The notes under the pieces: model-generated
Told to the model about the DNA's origin: nothing
The model's input: only the letters and a program-made list of their open reading frames with translations
Databases searched by the model: none
DNA from: Fistulifera solaris
Lineage: Eukaryota
DNA length: 64,000 nucleotides
Direction of reading: 5' to 3'
NCBI GenBank assembly: GCA_030295235.1
Contig: AP026124.1
Coordinates: forward strand, 2,232,001-2,296,000
Shown: positions 48,452 through 59,686 of the stretch, in pieces
Position numbering within the stretch: position 1 is the stretch's first letter
Layout: each line of letters opens with the position of its first letter
Position numbers and translations under genes: made by a program

Positions 48452-49247
48452 TATGCACTCCTCCAGAGTTTTCGAGGAAACGACTGGTTTTGGTCGTTTC
48501 CAATACCTTCATAGGCTTCGCGAGTAGAGAGCTTCATGGTGTACAAATGAGAGAACATGAAGTTAAATAAATGGTCAAGCGCAATGCTAAAAACATTAGG
48601 CAAAAATAAAAACAAGAGCAGCAACTTGCGATGAAATGCACAACGGGGGAGAAATGAAAGCGGTATTATTATTTAAGAAATTTTATGTCTGCTATGACAT
48701 AAAGAATGGTGTGCAGTTGCACAAGAAATGTGCACTGATAAGAAGGTGAGTTTTTGGGGCTTTTGCAATCCGATGGCAGGCCGGCGCGCGGTGTGCAGAT
48801 GTGCTGCACATGTGCAGTGATAAGAACGCATTACCTTATGAATTCTGGAGTCGTTTAGTGAAAGGCATAAAGGAACCGACAAACGATTTAGAAAAACGAT
48901 ACACCTCTTGACAGGAAGGCGTAAAGACATTGAGCGAGCGTTCGGTGTTCTTCAGCGCAGCTTTCAATTCATTAAAAAACCAATTGAGCTTCATAACCTG
49001 GATGCAATTGGTGCAAGATGCGCAATTGAATGCAGCAGAAGATCCCGTCGTAGGTTTGGAATCTGAAGCTTCTCTACCAGCAATTAGTGGGAGATGGCAT
49101 GAGTTGGTAAATCTTGAAGAGCATATGCGCCTATACAGAGCAATTATGTCAAAGTTCAAAAAGTAGATGATAACATGAAATATTAATAATTAAAACCTAC
49201 TAAATTTATCCTAAAATCTAAGTGTACGACCTAATGCTGGAGCCTCT

Positions 49248-50000
49248 TCACTCATTACTCTTGTCGGTGTCGTTGTTGTCGTTTTTGTTGTTGTTGTCGT
49301 TGGTACGTCCTACGACTTGAAGATCGAAGTCGGATTCATCGCAGGTAATGGATTTTCTCGCAGGAGCGGCGAATCTCAATGTTCTGTGGGACTGCAAGTG
49401 AAGGATCATTCTCTTTTCCGTCACCGCCGTGGTCTTTCTCGGTCGCATTAGGAGAATTCTCGTTGTCGGACGACACCAAGGGAACAGACATGTCGGTACC
49501 AGGAACTCCATTTGCAAGAGCGACAGCCTTCTTAAGAAAAGCCTGAGCCTGGCTTTTTCTCACCGCGTTGCTCGAAAACAGCAGCCAGGTTGGTAAATGT
49601 CTCGCTCTGAAATGCAAAGGCAAGAATACGACCAGAATCAGCAAGACTCTCAAGAACTTTGAGCTTCTTTGCTGCCATTGCCTCGGCTTTCATGCTTTCC
49701 TCCTTTTCTCACTTAGCAACCTTTGATCCCATAGGGCTTGAAGAGTTTTAACCGACGAATAAGCCCTTCCATTTACCAACGAATGATCAATATCACTCTG
49801 TACTTTGGAAGGGCGAACTGAGGCAACTGTTCGAGAATATCCAAACAATTCGAGAAGGCAACAGAAGTCACGAGAAATAAGAATAGTAAAACATCACAAA
49901 CGAGAAAAGTATTTCAAACAGATGTGTTTAGGAAACTCGGGAAGGAGGGAAGCACAATGTTTACGAGGTGAAATTCTTTCAACGGAGAGTTTTGATAGTT
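49248..50000 (-). pseudogene. Decayed accessory ORF of the outer Harbinger (NAM-associated-like)
   Basis: Fragment PMGSKVAK followed by charged helical segments, with stops. Lies inside the outer TIRs, opposite the transposase. Confidence 0.45.
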
Positions 50001-50471
50001 TTGATTTTCAAACGTTGGAGGGAAACTGAATCAGTACAAAAACGACGTAGAAATTGCGTAGAGCAAGTGAGTCGGGCGTTTGTTTCCTAAATCCGAAAGC
50101 GGGCAACAACTCTATTTTTTGGGAGGTGGGCGCGAGTCTTGCTGCCAATTTCCAAAAAAGCAAAAAGTTCTTACCACCCCTATCTGCCAAATCCGAATAT
50201 AGTGACGGCATTTTGAGTACCGGTGGGGTAAGTACTTCATTCACGAGTTCTTCTTTCTACTTATAGTGAATGCTCTTAGGTAAGAGAGGATATGCGATCT
50301 TCACTTCAATTTCGCTGACGTCATAACGCACAGTACTTACAGACAACAAACAAAAAAAAAGATCGCCGTTACGATTTGACCCGTCACATTCGTTTTCGTT
50401 GCAAGAATCATCGAACGAAACGAATATCATCATCATAAAAACAACGATTTTACCAATTAATAAGACACACG

Positions 50472-51695
50472 ATGAGACTCACGGTTTTTGTAATGCACAA
50501 AACGCGACAGTCGTTACGGGCGGCACAGCGTCGTCTACAATCCACAACGACAGCAACAGCACCATCCTACACGTGGGCCGATCCGGCCCGACGGCATTAC
50601 AAATTCTGGAATCGTGAGACCGATGTGACGGGACAATATTCGTATTTGATTGAAATTAGTCCCGAATCCTTACAAAGAGAAGCTCGCATTTTGGCTCTGG
50701 GGAGCGATGAAGCCGATGCCGCCTTGCATCAGGGTCCGTTGCCGTTGGGGGCGTCGCTGCTCGGCGTCGGTAACACCGTCGAAGAATTGCAGCAAAACGT
50801 TGACAAAACATCACCCAACGTCTTGTTTGTGTCACCCAATTGTCCGCATGCCGCCAACGTCTTGCCACAAGTCTTACAAGCGTTTCCATCCATCGAATGG
50901 GTCCATTGTCGTTCGGCCGGCATTGATTTCATTGAATCGGAAGAATTGGTGCAACTCTACACGCAACGCTTGCAGTCGTCAAAACCTCTGCAAATCACCA
51001 ATGCCAAGGGTCAATTCAGTAGTAGTTTGGCCGAATATGCCCTCATGGCGTGTGCGTATTTTGCCAAAAACTTGCCTCTACTGTTAGAAAAACAACAACA
51101 ACGATCGTGGCACAAATACAATGTCGAAGAATTGCGCCACAAAACCATGGGTATTGTTGGATACGGGGATATTGGTCGGGCCGTGGCCAAATTGGCGACC
51201 GTGTACGGGATGCGCGTCGTTGCCTTGCGACGACATCCCTTCTTATCACGAGATGATCCCTATTGCAATGTCGTGTACGGACGAGACCAAGAATCTTTGC
51301 ATCAGTTGATGCGGGAATCGGATTATATTGTGTGTTCGGCGCCATCAACGGTGGAAACGCGGGGCATGGTCAGTGCGGAAGCCTTTCAACACATGAAACC
51401 GAATGCCGTATTTATCAACTTGGGACGAGGCCCCGTCATTGATGAAACAGCTTTACAAAAAGCCTTGCAAGCAGGACGATTGAAAGGTGCCGCTTTGGAT
51501 GTGTTTGTGGAAGAACCACTTTCGACCGACTCGCCATGGTGGGATACTCCTCATGTTTTGATCAGTCCGCACAATATGGATCAAACGGCCACATTCATGC
51601 ACGAAGCGACCGAATTCTTTTTACGCGAAAATTTGCCCCGTTTCTTGTGTGGCGAAGATTTGTTGAATCCGGTCGATCCAGTGTTGGGGTATTGA
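50472..51695 (+). CDS. D-isomer-specific 2-hydroxyacid dehydrogenase
   Basis: WVHCRSAGID, ITNAKG, MGIVGYGDIG, FINLGRG, AALDVFVEEPL and ISPH. Confidence 0.93.
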   Translation: MRLTVFVMHKTRQSLRAAQRRLQSTTTATAPSYTWADPARRHYKFWNRETDVTGQYSYLIEISPESLQREARILALGSDEADAALHQGPLPLGASLLGVGNTVEELQQNVDKTSPNVLFVSPNCPHAANVLPQVLQAFPSIEWVHCRSAGIDFIESEELVQLYTQRLQSSKPLQITNAKGQFSSSLAEYALMACAYFAKNLPLLLEKQQQRSWHKYNVEELRHKTMGIVGYGDIGRAVAKLATVYGMRVVALRRHPFLSRDDPYCNVVYGRDQESLHQLMRESDYIVCSAPSTVETRGMVSAEAFQHMKPNAVFINLGRGPVIDETALQKALQAGRLKGAALDVFVEEPLSTDSPWWDTPHVLISPHNMDQTATFMHEATEFFLRENLPRFLCGEDLLNPVDPVLGY

Positions 51696-52176
51696 GTACT
51701 GTTCATGTTTTTTAAGGTTAGAGTAGAAAGAAAAAGGACGATTATTACATGTTTCGCAGAAAAGGGCAACACCGCTTTCATTTCGTGCTACTACTCCAGT
51801 AATTAAGTACCAAGGAATAATGATCGAGTCAAATACTTTGATTACTAGCTTCTTCCGGCGTCTATCCCGTACCAGGAGCTTCTTTCGTACTTCTTTGGGT
51901 AGGGGATCGATTGATATGGAGTGATAGATGTTCATTGGATGTGAAGATGCAAATGGGACAGAAGGGCAAAAGGACAGATCCATTCCTTCGCTCTAAAACG
52001 GTGTCTCACCGAATCATCTTCTTCTAGACATGATAGAACAACGCCTTGCGGCGGTGGGCATGGGCATGACAGGTACAAGTGAACATGTGCAACCAAATAA
52101 GAATATCAAGGAAAAATATTGCTTACCCAGTCATAACGGGGTTGTATGTGTACAAGAAGTGTCCAGATGACAAGGC

Positions 52177-53130
52177 TTAGCTGAACGAAAAATTCGAGCC
52201 AAGAAAAAGGTCCTCAACTTCATCCTGTCCTATCTCTTCCAAAAAATACGAGAAAGAGATGCTATGGAGGCTACATTTCGATTTCCACACCACGATCGGA
52301 AGAACGAAATTCCAACAGTGTCCGTCATGGTGTCTTTCGTATTGATGACTCAGCATGTCGATCGAAGGTAAATTGTCCGGATCGGGAAAATTCATCAATC
52401 CGAATCGTTCCCGGAATCCCTTGGCCGAGTAATGCAGCTGTAATTTTGGCGCCGATCCCTGCTGCAGCACCCAACTGACTAACGTCACACGCAAACCTCG
52501 AGTCACATGATCCCGTGTGACATTATGGTTGACATTACTCGCGTCAAGATGAAATCGAATATCCGATTGTCCGTTCATTTTCCCAATCCAATCATAACCC
52601 ATCGAGACGATATATTCTGTGAACATATCCTGTTCTTCGTTTGTTGTATTTAAATTGATCAAATCGAAAACGGGATGCAGAGAGTCCGTTTGTGAATCAT
52701 GATCTGGAAGAAAGCCTTGCCACAATATTTCGTCGTCACAAGTAAATTGAGCAAAAAGAAATGGTTCTTTCTGTCACGCAATCCGTTTTCCAAATCAGGA
52801 ACGTTCCCATGAAGATCCGGATAGTGACAAGGGTCACAAGAAATACGGTCTGAAGTTTCGTGTCGTTGTGCCTGTCGTGTCATTTCCGCAGCAAAGTGAC
52901 GGCATCGCTCGAACGACATGATTCGTTGACGAGGATTGGAAATGGAAAGATTTTGTGGCAGAGCAACATCTCGTTCCTCCCACTCACGTTGCAGGACATT
53001 TGCGTTCCGCATCGAGGTCGTGCCATTTGCGACACACCAGTCCTAATCGCCAAAGGTCGTCTGTCGTCAGGCGTTTGAGAATATTTTTCTGTAAGAGATC
53101 GTCGGGCAAATCCAGTAGTGTCGTCGTCAT
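52177..53130 (-). CDS. F-box protein; frameshifted
   Basis: N-terminal LLDLPDDLLQKNILKRLTTDDLWRLGLVCRKWH is an F-box pattern. Continues through ORFs 52659-53012 and 52177-52725. Confidence 0.65.
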
Positions 53131-53856
53131 TATTTTTCTACTTGCGTTCGCGCGCTTCCAAAATAGAGCGAAGCTGCGTGCTATCGTACGCTTCTTCCCA
53201 CGCGTCAAGAAAAAAAAAGAAGAAAAAAACGTTTCTGTCCTCTTTCTCTAGAGTGACGTGAACGTATCTTTTCTTTAGAGACTCTAGAGAGACAGCAAAT
53301 GAAGAAAGGAATAAGTTAATGAGTGAGTGATTGATTGGATGCGCTTTGTATTCTTTTTCATTCGAATGTAATGAGCGATGAAGGCGCATCATTAATCGTG
53401 CAAATAACTATTACTCCGAATAACCTTACTGGTGTACGCAGTAGGAACATCAACACTGGGAACTGTTTATTTGCTAAGAGGAAACGTAGAACCGAAGTGA
53501 CTTTAACATTTTCCAGTGACCTATAGACGAGTTGCGGGACTCTCTGAATACTATTGTACGTGTAAACCTTACCAGGGTACGCAGTAACTTGTTTGAATCG
53601 CAAATACGGAGTAACGATTTCCGTATCCTTTGTCCTATGCTATCATGCAACTCGATCTCCACCGTGGATAAAAGCTTGTCTTGAACTATCACGTTGTGTC
53701 GTAGCAAACATTCAAGCCAACTCCTTCTAAATTACTGAAAACTGTTTACGCCGAATTCGGACATATTGGTCATCACCATATCCTATTTACTATAGAATGA
53801 GTCTTGACCAAAGGTCGTAGAGTATTTCTTCACTTCGTGAGCCTTCCACATATTTT

Positions 53857-55701
53857 TTATCCACCACCACGTCCTTTCATGTAACTGACACCCGGCGCCA
53901 ATTTACCCGATCGTGGACCATTGCTTTGTGCCGTTTGCATGGCCGTATTCATCATATTGCTCATGGTGGGTGCTCCACCACCACCACCACCCATCATACC
54001 CGTCGCTTGTGCACCGGGATCTTGTGACGGTGCCGCAATGACAGTTTCATCAATAGACAAGATGACACAGGCCGCTTCGGTCGCCGCATCCAAAGAGTGA
54101 ATCTTGTTGTCACTGGGTTCCCATACACCCGATTCCATCGTATCACACGTCCCACCGTTCGTCAAATCGACTCCGTACCAACTCACCGTCCCGACATTCG
54201 CATGTTGACGACGCAAATCGGCCAAGACTTCGGTCGGGTCAAAGCCCGCATTATCACACAATTGTCGCGGAATGACTTCCAAGGCCTTGGCGAAGGCCAA
54301 ATAAATCAATTGTCCTTTTCCCGCAATTTTCAATGCTGCTTGTCGCAAGATGCTGGCCACGTGCATTTCCACGGCTCCACCACCGGCCACGACCGTCTGT
54401 GACACAATGGCTCGTTTGACCACTTCCAGCGCATCATGGACACTGCGTTCCGATTCCGCAATGAATTGTTCCGTCCCACCCCGTAACACAATCGTTGAAG
54501 TCAATTGGACGGGACATTCGGTCAATACATTGAAACGGGCGTCACCGACTTGTTTTTCTTCAAAGACTCCACACGTTCCCAACACCGCACTCGACAATCC
54601 CTGCGTTGTGGTTTGAATGGCACCACCAGTCGCTTTGGCGACGCGTTTCAAATCGGCATCGGGCACGCGTCCGGCACAAAACAATCCCCGATCCAAAAAG
54701 TACTGCGTGGCCAAATCTCCAATGGGCAATTTCGACAAGACAATATTGGCTCCCGTTTGCACACAATGTTCTAGTTTTTCAAAAATCACGTGCCATTCGG
54801 CATCGACAATGGCTTGATAATCGGCTGGACTACTGATGCGGACTTCGGCATTTTCTTTTTCGGCCTTGAGTTCCAATTCGACATTGAGTAACAGCAATTT
54901 CGCGGGTGCAAAACGTTTCGTCATTTGTTCAAAGCCGGCGTAGGAAAACGTCTTGGCAAAGGCGACTCCGCCTTGCACCAAAAACGATTGACGTACATCA
55001 CCACCGGGGATTTGTTTAATGGTAATGTAGTGATCCATTTCTTCCAAGGCACCGGCGTTGTGCAAGGTCGTCACGGCATCGACGACCATGGGAGCAAACA
55101 AATCTTGATGATTGGCAATGAGTTTGGAATTGAGAGCCGTAGAAGCTGTCTTGAGTAAGGTTTCTCGGGGATTGGATGGTTGGACGGCCATTTGCCGGAC
55201 CGTCTCGACAGCGAGACGTCCCGCCTGTTGTAAATATCGTCCGAGCAATTGCGGATGCACTCCTTCTTCAATGAGCGACTTCAATTGTGACAACAATTCG
55301 GCCGCCAACAAGACGACACTGGTCGTCCCATCACCGACTTGGACATCTTGACTGATACTGATATCTACTAGCGTCTTGGCGGCGGGATGTTGGATTTCCA
55401 GCAATCGCATCAAGGTGGCGCCATCGTTGCTAATCGTGACTTTGTTGGCCTGCGCAATCAATTTATCCCGACCGGCGGGGCCTAAGGTTGTTTTGACGGT
55501 ATCTGCAACAACTTGACAGGCATTGATATTCGAAATCAATTGGGGAATGCCCTGCCCAACAAAGAAAGAATGTGAGTCAAAAAAAATTTAGTATCCAAGA
55601 TACACGAGGACGCTCTCTCATTCTCTCAACGCGCGCACCTGTGAAGTATCCGTTCCTTCTCGTAACAGAATTATACCGGGTCTCATTCCCATATGATTCA
55701 T
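53857..55701 (-). CDS. CCT7: T-complex protein 1 subunit eta (CCT7); intron ~55553-55638
   Basis: PGIILLREGTDTSQ|GIPQLISNINACQ, TISNDGAT, GDGTTSVV, AFAKTFSYAGFEQ and LSKLPIGDLATQYF. Confidence 0.95.
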
Positions 55702-56092
55702 GTTGATTACTAGGGAGTAGTAGGAGAAATTATTAGAAAGGATAAATAAATGGAAAAGGAATGCAAATGAAGTGTCGAACAAACTACAAGTACAAGAATG
55801 AAGCGCAAAGTAAAGTAAGTTGTGGTTTTGTTTGTTGTGTTTTTTTGCGGAGGGGGGGGCTTGGGGGCTTGGGTCGGAAAGGAATCTGGAATCTTTGTAT
55901 CACAAAAAGCGAAATTTCTAATAATCTCTGTACGTTGTACGTTAATGAAAACGTCACTTTTGCATTCAACAACATACAAAGTAAAAGCAACCTGCCACAA
56001 GGCCATCATCCATGGCGCTATTGATTCGAAACAAATAATAATAGTAATAATCATAACCAATTCCTTCAGTGTGCCTTTCTTCACTAAAAAAA

Positions 56093-56958
56093 ATGATTCA
56101 CAAGTCCACCATTTTATTACTGGTCTTGGTAGTACAATGGAGTGATGCTTTCCTGATGCCCCATGGTTCTACCGCCTCGACGGTTCTTTTCAACAATCAT
56201 CGAGACAACGACGACGACGTCGACGACTACGATGTTCCACCCGCCGTCGTCGTCGATCACAGCACTACGAAGATTACGAAGATTATGAGGATGACTATTA
56301 CGACAATAACAATAACAATCGACCATACGATGACTTGGGTCCTTCTCTGCAAGTTCCTTCGTCATTTGGACGACGCACGGGTTGGCGGTTGCCGGAATCA
56401 GTTTCGAAATCGTTACTCGCGGGAGTCTTTGTGTTGGGAGTCGGATTAGGTGTCACCATTGATTCGCAAGTCAATACGAATCCCAAAGATTTGGCGTCGC
56501 GTGATGCCATTGATCAAGCAGCTCCCAATCCGACCCTTTGTGCCAAATTGGGAGCTTCCGCCATGGCGTTTGATCAACGTGTCTTTGTTTCCTTCAATCC
56601 TTTCAATGTCTATGTTTCACAGGCGGATGTGAAACCTGCCTGTGTGTTGCGGGAAGCCAATGTGGTGCCCGTATTACGAGCGAAAGGGTTGATCAATGAT
56701 CAAGAAGTTCGGGCGTGCAAACAGAATATGAATACGTGGGCCTTTGTCGGAAATTTAGAAGATACACCGCAATTGAGTTGTGTGTACAAATCACAAGATG
56801 CCCAAAACGAATTCTTATCCAATCCCAAACTAGGAATTGGTGAAGATTATTTAGACGATGATCGGGCTTTGGGGAAAAACATCAAAGGGACCATGACGGA
56901 AGGACAATTGGCGAGGAAAATGAACAATGCGGGGGCTTTTGAGTTTCCAATTCAATAA
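56093..56958 (+). CDS. Plastid-targeted DUF3172-like (cyanobacterial-type) protein; one frameshift
   Basis: Leader MIHKSTILLLVLVVQWSDAF. GVFVLGVGLG..ASRDAIDQAAPNPTLC..GASAM..RVFVSFNPFNVYVSQ..PACVLR..CKQNMNTWAFVGNL. Confidence 0.75.
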
Positions 56959-56995
56959 TGTTACCTCTACTTTGATTAATATCGTCATACTAATA

Positions 56996-57643
56996 CTACT
57001 TGTCGTTCAAATCCTCCTTCGGCGCCGGGCGATGGATCAAAGCCGCGCCATTGATACAGAAACGGGGCAAATAAGTTCCTACCGTAGACCGGGGATCGGT
57101 CACAGGACTGTTTTGTAAGACATCGGTAGAAACAGTTTCGGGACGAGGACCATCCATAAAGACGTGACCCAAATGCGACGAACACCGTTGACAGCGACAT
57201 TCCAAACGATTGTCCCATTCTCGTTTATACGACACCGCATTGTCATCCAAAGAACGCCAAAACGAAGGCCATCCAGAACCCGAATCGTATTTTGCATTGG
57301 CTTGGAATAGAGGTGCTCCGCAATACGCGCAATGAAAAGTATCGTCCGGTGCATATTTGCCGTAATTGAGTGGGGACGTCATGGCCGGTTCGGTGAGACC
57401 CAATCGTAAGACCAGCAATCGAAAAGGATTCCATGTTTGTACTTTGAATTTGTCCTTTCTGTTTTCATTTTCACTGTTTTTCGGAGAGAACATGGGAAGA
57501 CAGGGCATGATCTTATTTGAGCGAGTGTTTTGACGAGTTGTTGACAGGGGAAACGAATTTGTGATGGTGGCAAAGACACAAACGGAGATTAGCAGCAATC
57601 GCACACTTCTTATTCGTTTGCTGTAATGGATGCTGGGTGACAT
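56996..57643 (-). CDS. msrB: Peptide methionine-R-sulfoxide reductase MsrB (SelR), with N-terminal targeting leader
   Basis: TEPA, CAYCGAPLF, KYDSGSGWPSF, CQRCSSHLGHVFMDGP and RFCINGAAL. Confidence 0.93.
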   Translation of the reverse strand: MSPSIHYSKRIRSVRLLLISVCVFATITNSFPLSTTRQNTRSNKIMPCLPMFSPKNSENENRKDKFKVQTWNPFRLLVLRLGLTEPAMTSPLNYGKYAPDDTFHCAYCGAPLFQANAKYDSGSGWPSFWRSLDDNAVSYKREWDNRLECRCQRCSSHLGHVFMDGPRPETVSTDVLQNSPVTDPRSTVGTYLPRFCINGAALIHRPAPKEDLNDK

Positions 57644-58181
57644 GTTAGCTAATCAACGATGACAAAGATGTTAGTGATGTTATGAAGGAAAAGAGAGTAA
57701 TAAGTAACAAGAATGAATGAATCATCAACATATCACTGAGAAATCTCGTCATCGCGACGACTTTTGGAAAAGTCTCGGCGGTCTTGCCTTTGTATCAATT
57801 ACGTAGTACGTTGTTGTTCGATACCGGACGGACGACAACATCAACTGTATGTACTCTCGACGTTCGGCGGTGCGCATTATTTATTTTTTTCAAAGCAAAA
57901 ACACGAAGCCAACACCAAAGCAACATGGCTGTGCGAACCAAAATTCGCTGATTCCGGTTTGCCGCAAATTGAGCAATTTCGATGGAGACAAAAACTAATG
58001 AAGAGTATAGCTGCACATGACTTTGCCTGCGCATTCGCATAATAAGACGGCCTTCCGCGCAAATGTTATTGTGACGTGATTGCCGCTTTTTTCGTTTGAT
58101 CGCAAGACGCCGAAATTCTTGCCCGAGGAGAGCGGGAATAAGCATACTTGTTTCGTTCGTTCGATCAAATCAAACAACACA

Positions 58182-59169
58182 ATGTCCATGTCTCTTCCTT
58201 CGAAACAAAACAAACCTTCGCTCCTGGAACTCATTCCTCGTTCGAACCTCCAGCCGCATCAGATTGCCGTGAGCAAGGGCGAAGAATTGCCCACGTACAA
58301 GTTGTTGCGGACGCCCGAGACACTCGACGAGTGGAAAAGCCGGACACCGCCCTATGGATGGAGAACGGGACGCTGGTGGTCGTTGGTGGCTTTTTCGTTC
58401 CATCCATGGCCACTACCCAGTTTCCGAAATGCATGGAACTGAGATCTTTCGTCACCATTTAAATCTTTGGTGATTCGGACGATGCAATTGTCGATACAGC
58501 GGTGTATCTTGGAAGTTTGCGCACTTCTAGGAAAGAAGAAGTAGAAGATGTTTCCATCAAAAGGAAATCGAACTTGACGCTAGCCTTTCGCTGACGTTGC
58601 ATGAAGGTTTTTATGACACCGTTCCTACCGAACAAGCGTTGATTCGAGCAGTGCGGGTGAACCAGAATCTGAAACACTTGGAATTTATGGCCCGCGAACA
58701 TCAGTGGGGAAGGTGCATCCAGAAACTCTTTGTTGTTGCGGAAACTCACAAGAGTCTGCGTTCCATGAAGATCAAAAGCTACCCAGATGGTTACGACCCC
58801 CAGTACAAGTGGCTGAAACGGTTGCTGACACGAAATCGGTATTTGAAGGTGACCGATATTCTTTACGGTGAAATCGAAGCCGACGAGGAAACCTTTCGCA
58901 TCTATGACTTGAATCAGTTCTTTCGTGATTCGAAGAAACTCAAAGAAGCGCCGCCAGCTGTTCGACCGTCGCTGGTGGTCACTGCTTTGACGGATGAGTA
59001 CATGAACGACCTTCAGCGCACGGGGCTCTTGTTGTCCGATAATGTCGATGTGTTGTGTAAGCTAATGCACCCGGTAGTACACTCTAGTGAGGGAATCGTC
59101 GGTGAAGTGGATATGGAGGTTGAGAATCTGCCAGCGGCTGCAGCGTTGCGGAAGAGAAAGACCACATGA
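58182..59169 (+). pseudogene. LRR/RNI-like family copy 1 (internally deleted or frameshifted)
   Basis: N-terminus LLELIPRSNLQPHQIA..LPTYKLLRTP and C-terminus YPDGYDPQYKWLKRLLTRNR match copy 3, but the middle is missing. Confidence 0.6.
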
Positions 59170-59686
59170 GATGTGACACAATCCGCAGTCAATGCTTGAT
59201 ATACCTATGATCGAAAAGTAGCTCATATATTTTTTCACGTGTCACTACATTTTTAGGCATTCTGGCTTCCGTCTGCTTTAGTCGTAGGACTTACTATCAT
59301 CTTTGTTAAATGAAAATTGTAAAAACAAACGCGCTATTCTGTTCCCCAAATCAAACCAGATTTGAAATTCTTAATGATGTATCGTCGCTTTAGACTATCT
59401 TCTTCTAGAAGAAGCTTTAATGCAGTTTGTTTCTTCGTTTCATCCTCGCGAAAAACTATGGAGCCACGCGACCCGAATCCCTTCTCGCAATCCTCTTTTC
59501 AATCAAGATTCATTCCCCAATTGAATTGGTGTCGTACCAGCATCAAAAAGCACTTTCTGGGCTAAATAGTACTCCGGATTGACCATCGCATGGTAAAAGC
59601 CGTCGAAACTCGAAACTCGGAAGCACTTTTTCGCATTCTCTCTTTTACAACACAAGTAAATCATTTCTTAACGATTACAAAGCATC

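Larger units (their letters stand above)
44964..48835. mobile_element. Inner PIF/Harbinger transposon nested in the outer transposase gene
   Basis: Left TIR GGCTTGTTCTTATCAGTGCACATGTGCAGCA. Right end TGCTGCACATGTGCAGTGATAAGAACGCA(TTA)CC. TTA at 44961-44963 and 48836-48838. Two convergent ORFs. Confidence 0.85.
44629..49166 (+). pseudogene. Outer Harbinger transposase, interrupted by the inner element and lacking its catalytic middle
   Basis: Reads ..RFQRIMEDF|MNSG across the empty site, then jumps to SRLVKGIKEP..YTS*QEG.RKDIERAFGVLQ. In-frame stop and deletion. Confidence 0.75.
44409..50275. mobile_element. Outer PIF/Harbinger DNA transposon (defective, internally deleted)
   Basis: TIRs GAGCAGTCACTACA (44409) and TATAGTGAATGCTC (to 50275), each flanked by TTA (44406-44408, 50276-50278). 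Transposase fragments on + (DYFGPQPRFNDKQFYNMFRIS; RKDIERAFGVLQ). Decayed partner ORF on -. Confidence 0.85.

Noticed and set aside
53200..53850. Intergenic ORFs between the F-box gene and CCT7
   Set aside because: Short, non-ATG or without any domain signal.
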